This document shows, one piece after another, positions 62,652-64,000 of a stretch of DNA of 64,000 bases. The stretch is taken from positions 10,119 to 74,118 of the forward strand of contig DAOUKV010000016.1 of NCBI GenBank assembly GCA_034420955.1. The letters are read 5' to 3'. Position 1 is the first letter of the stretch; each line of letters begins with the position of its first letter. The notes beneath the pieces are model-generated. The model was not told where the DNA came from. It saw only the letters and a list, made by a program, of their open reading frames with translations, and did not search any database. The position numbers and the translations under genes are program-made. The stretch is from Dehalococcoidia bacterium. Lineage in GTDB: Bacteria; Chloroflexota; Dehalococcoidia; Lucifugimonadales; UBA1123.

Positions 62652-64000
62652 ATGCTGCGGATCAGGACAGGCGGGTTGTCCGCGTCTCTATTCGACACCG
62701 CGCCTAAGAAGCGGCGGGCGGCGGGCGCCGTCATCGTGGCGATTCTGCTCATCCTGTTCGTGGCGTTCAATCGGGTGCCGAAACTGGATACGGTGCAGGC
62801 CGACCTCGCCGTCGCCGCTTCTCCGGCCGCGGAGTGCTTCCAGGGGTTCTGCATCGAGCAGAGACCGGAGACCACGCTGCTGGAACGGTGGTGGGACTTC
62901 TCGCTAACGTACCTGCAACTCGTATCCGTAGGCATGGCGTTCGCATTCCTGGTGGCGGGAGCCACTGAGGCGTTCCTGTTTCCGAAATCGAGCGGATGGG
63001 GGCTTTCCGGTTCAGGCTTTCGCGGTTCGCTAAAGGGGCTGATAGTGGGGCCGGCGATGACCTTGTGCTCGGCGTGCATCGTGCCGGTGGCGTCGGCGTT
63101 CCGGCGGCGCGGGGCGGGCGTGGAGACGACACTGGCAATCACGCAGGGGTCTTCGACGCTGAACCTGCCCGCCATCATCATGGCGGCGATGGTGTTCGCG
63201 CCGTTGATCGGCGCGACGCGCATTGCGCTCAGCATCGCCGGGGCTCTGCTGATAGGGCCGCTGGTGGCGAAGATCGCGCGGGACGTATCGAACGGCGGCT
63301 TCGAGTCGGTAATACCGCTCGCGTCGGCTCCGGACGGCGTCGGATGGGGCGAGGCGCTGCGCGACGGCTTCCGAGACTGGGCGCGCATCACGGCAGGCCA
63401 CGTCTTGAGACTGGCGCCGGTGATGATTCTGGCCGGATTCGCGAGCGGGCTGGCGATACAGTGGCTAAGCCCGCAGACGGTTACCACGTGGCTGGGCGAC
63501 GACGTCGCGGGCGTGGCTATCGCGGCCACAATCGGCGTCGCGATCAACGTGCCGCTGCTGTTTGAAATCCCGCTGGTGGCGGCGCTGTTGCTGGCGGGTA
63601 TGGGGACGGCTCCGGCGGCGGCGCTGCTGTTCACGGCGGCGGCGGCGGGGCCAATCACGTTCTGGGGGCTGGCGAAGGTCATGCCCAAACGGGCCGTGGT
63701 CGCATACGCGGCCGGCGTGTGGGCGCTGGGCGTCGCAGGCGGGCTGGCGGCGCTGCTTGTCGTCTCGCTGGGCGACGGGCCGGACTTCGGGTTGCGCGCG
63801 GACTATGCGACCGCGAGCCACGCTACGGCGGAAACCACGCTCCGCGCGCCGGAGCCGGCATCGGTTTTCGCCACGGTCAGCGAGATGCGGTTTACGGACG
63901 TAACCCGCCAGGCGGGAATAGACTACGTTCACTCCCCCATTCCATCGCTTCTCGGCAAGACCGAACCGCAGTACATGGTCGGCGGCGCGGTAGCCGAGGA
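62652..64000 (+). CDS. Predicted permease (DUF318/ArsP-like) fused to a C-terminal CRTAC1/ASPIC-UnbV-like domain; 3' end outside window
   Basis: Not in the supplied ORF track because it has no stop in the window. Hand translation from ATG 62652 gives an uninterrupted frame. It has multiple TM segments, 'MTLCSACIVPVASAF' and 'ITQGSSTLNLPAIIM' (DUF318-type Cys motif), then 'MRFTDVTRQAGIDYVH', the typical start of CRTAC1/FG-GAP-ASPIC proteins. Confidence 0.7.
   Translation, partial: MLRIRTGGLSASLFDTAPKKRRAAGAVIVAILLILFVAFNRVPKLDTVQADLAVAASPAAECFQGFCIEQRPETTLLERWWDFSLTYLQLVSVGMAFAFLVAGATEAFLFPKSSGWGLSGSGFRGSLKGLIVGPAMTLCSACIVPVASAFRRRGAGVETTLAITQGSSTLNLPAIIMAAMVFAPLIGATRIALSIAGALLIGPLVAKIARDVSNGGFESVIPLASAPDGVGWGEALRDGFRDWARITAGHVLRLAPVMILAGFASGLAIQWLSPQTVTTWLGDDVAGVAIAATIGVAINVPLLFEIPLVAALLLAGMGTAPAAALLFTAAAAGPITFWGLAKVMPKRAVVAYAAGVWALGVAGGLAALLVVSLGDGPDFGLRADYATASHATAETTLRAPEPASVFATVSEMRFTDVTRQAGIDYVHSPIPSLLGKTEPQYMVGGAVAE

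Noticed and set aside
62171-63688. 505-aa minus-strand ORF, the longest ORF listed in this region
   Set aside because: It is Ala/Ser/Pro/Arg-rich low-complexity sequence and exactly antisense to a convincing plus-strand permease frame (62652 onward). It also runs through the SBP 3' end and the REP elements. This is a typical high-GC shadow ORF.
1-64000. Search for tRNA, rRNA, tmRNA, an intact IS/transposase or an integrase
   Set aside because: I saw no cloverleaf-compatible sequences with GTTCGAATC-type T-arms in the intergenic regions, no rRNA-like conserved blocks, and no DDE or tyrosine-recombinase ORFs. This is a by-eye scan only; tRNAscan-SE and Infernal should confirm it.

Overview
GC-rich chromosomal segment from an environmental bacterium. 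The gene content (Baeyer-Villiger monooxygenase, CMD, many MFS and family-5 SBP genes, 'VIPAKAGI/PSPxxGEG'-type REP hairpins) suggests a Chloroflexota/SAR202-like organism, but this is a tentative guess. I support about 60 protein-coding genes and found no rRNA, tRNA, CRISPR array or intact transposase.

The backbone is housekeeping and catabolic:
- Central functions: dnaN, rph, lysC, trpA, aroH, PrkA kinase, an ABC-F ATPase and an S9 peptidase.
- Two GT2 glycosyltransferases and several FAD/ThDP/SDR oxidoreductases.
- Peptide-type ABC permeases plus their SBP.
- A Zur-ZnuA zinc module.
- A ThrC-like/NIL/MoaD-like sulfur-carrier cluster.

Several visibly AT-richer islets carrying accessory modules are embedded in this backbone:
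1. 22.27-25.52 kb: a tightly coupled DUF262 + DUF3696-type AAA ATPase + unknown 317-aa protein operon. This is the best candidate defence system and is possibly Menshen-like.
2. 36.5-38.2 kb: an overlapping three-gene operon of unknowns wedged between lysC and a transketolase-like gene. Its last gene has a nucleoside-deoxyribosyltransferase/TIR-like Rossmannoid signature. This is the best candidate for something undescribed.
3. A hicAB pair whose hicA carries a 1-nt frameshift.
4. A DUF5678-like + retropepsin-like protease pair.
5. A tandem pair of all-helical PaREP1/HEPN-like proteins.

Other unusual items:
- A ZnuA-type zinc SBP with a ~380-aa AztD-like beta-propeller inserted in its His-rich loop.
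- Seven tandem 20-aa repeats in an SBP linker.
- A permease fused to a CRTAC1/ASPIC-like domain. It runs off the window end and is absent from the ORF track.
- An IS630 transposase relic.
- Several REP-like hairpin repeats and candidate operators.

All homology calls come from motif recognition by eye. No searches were run.
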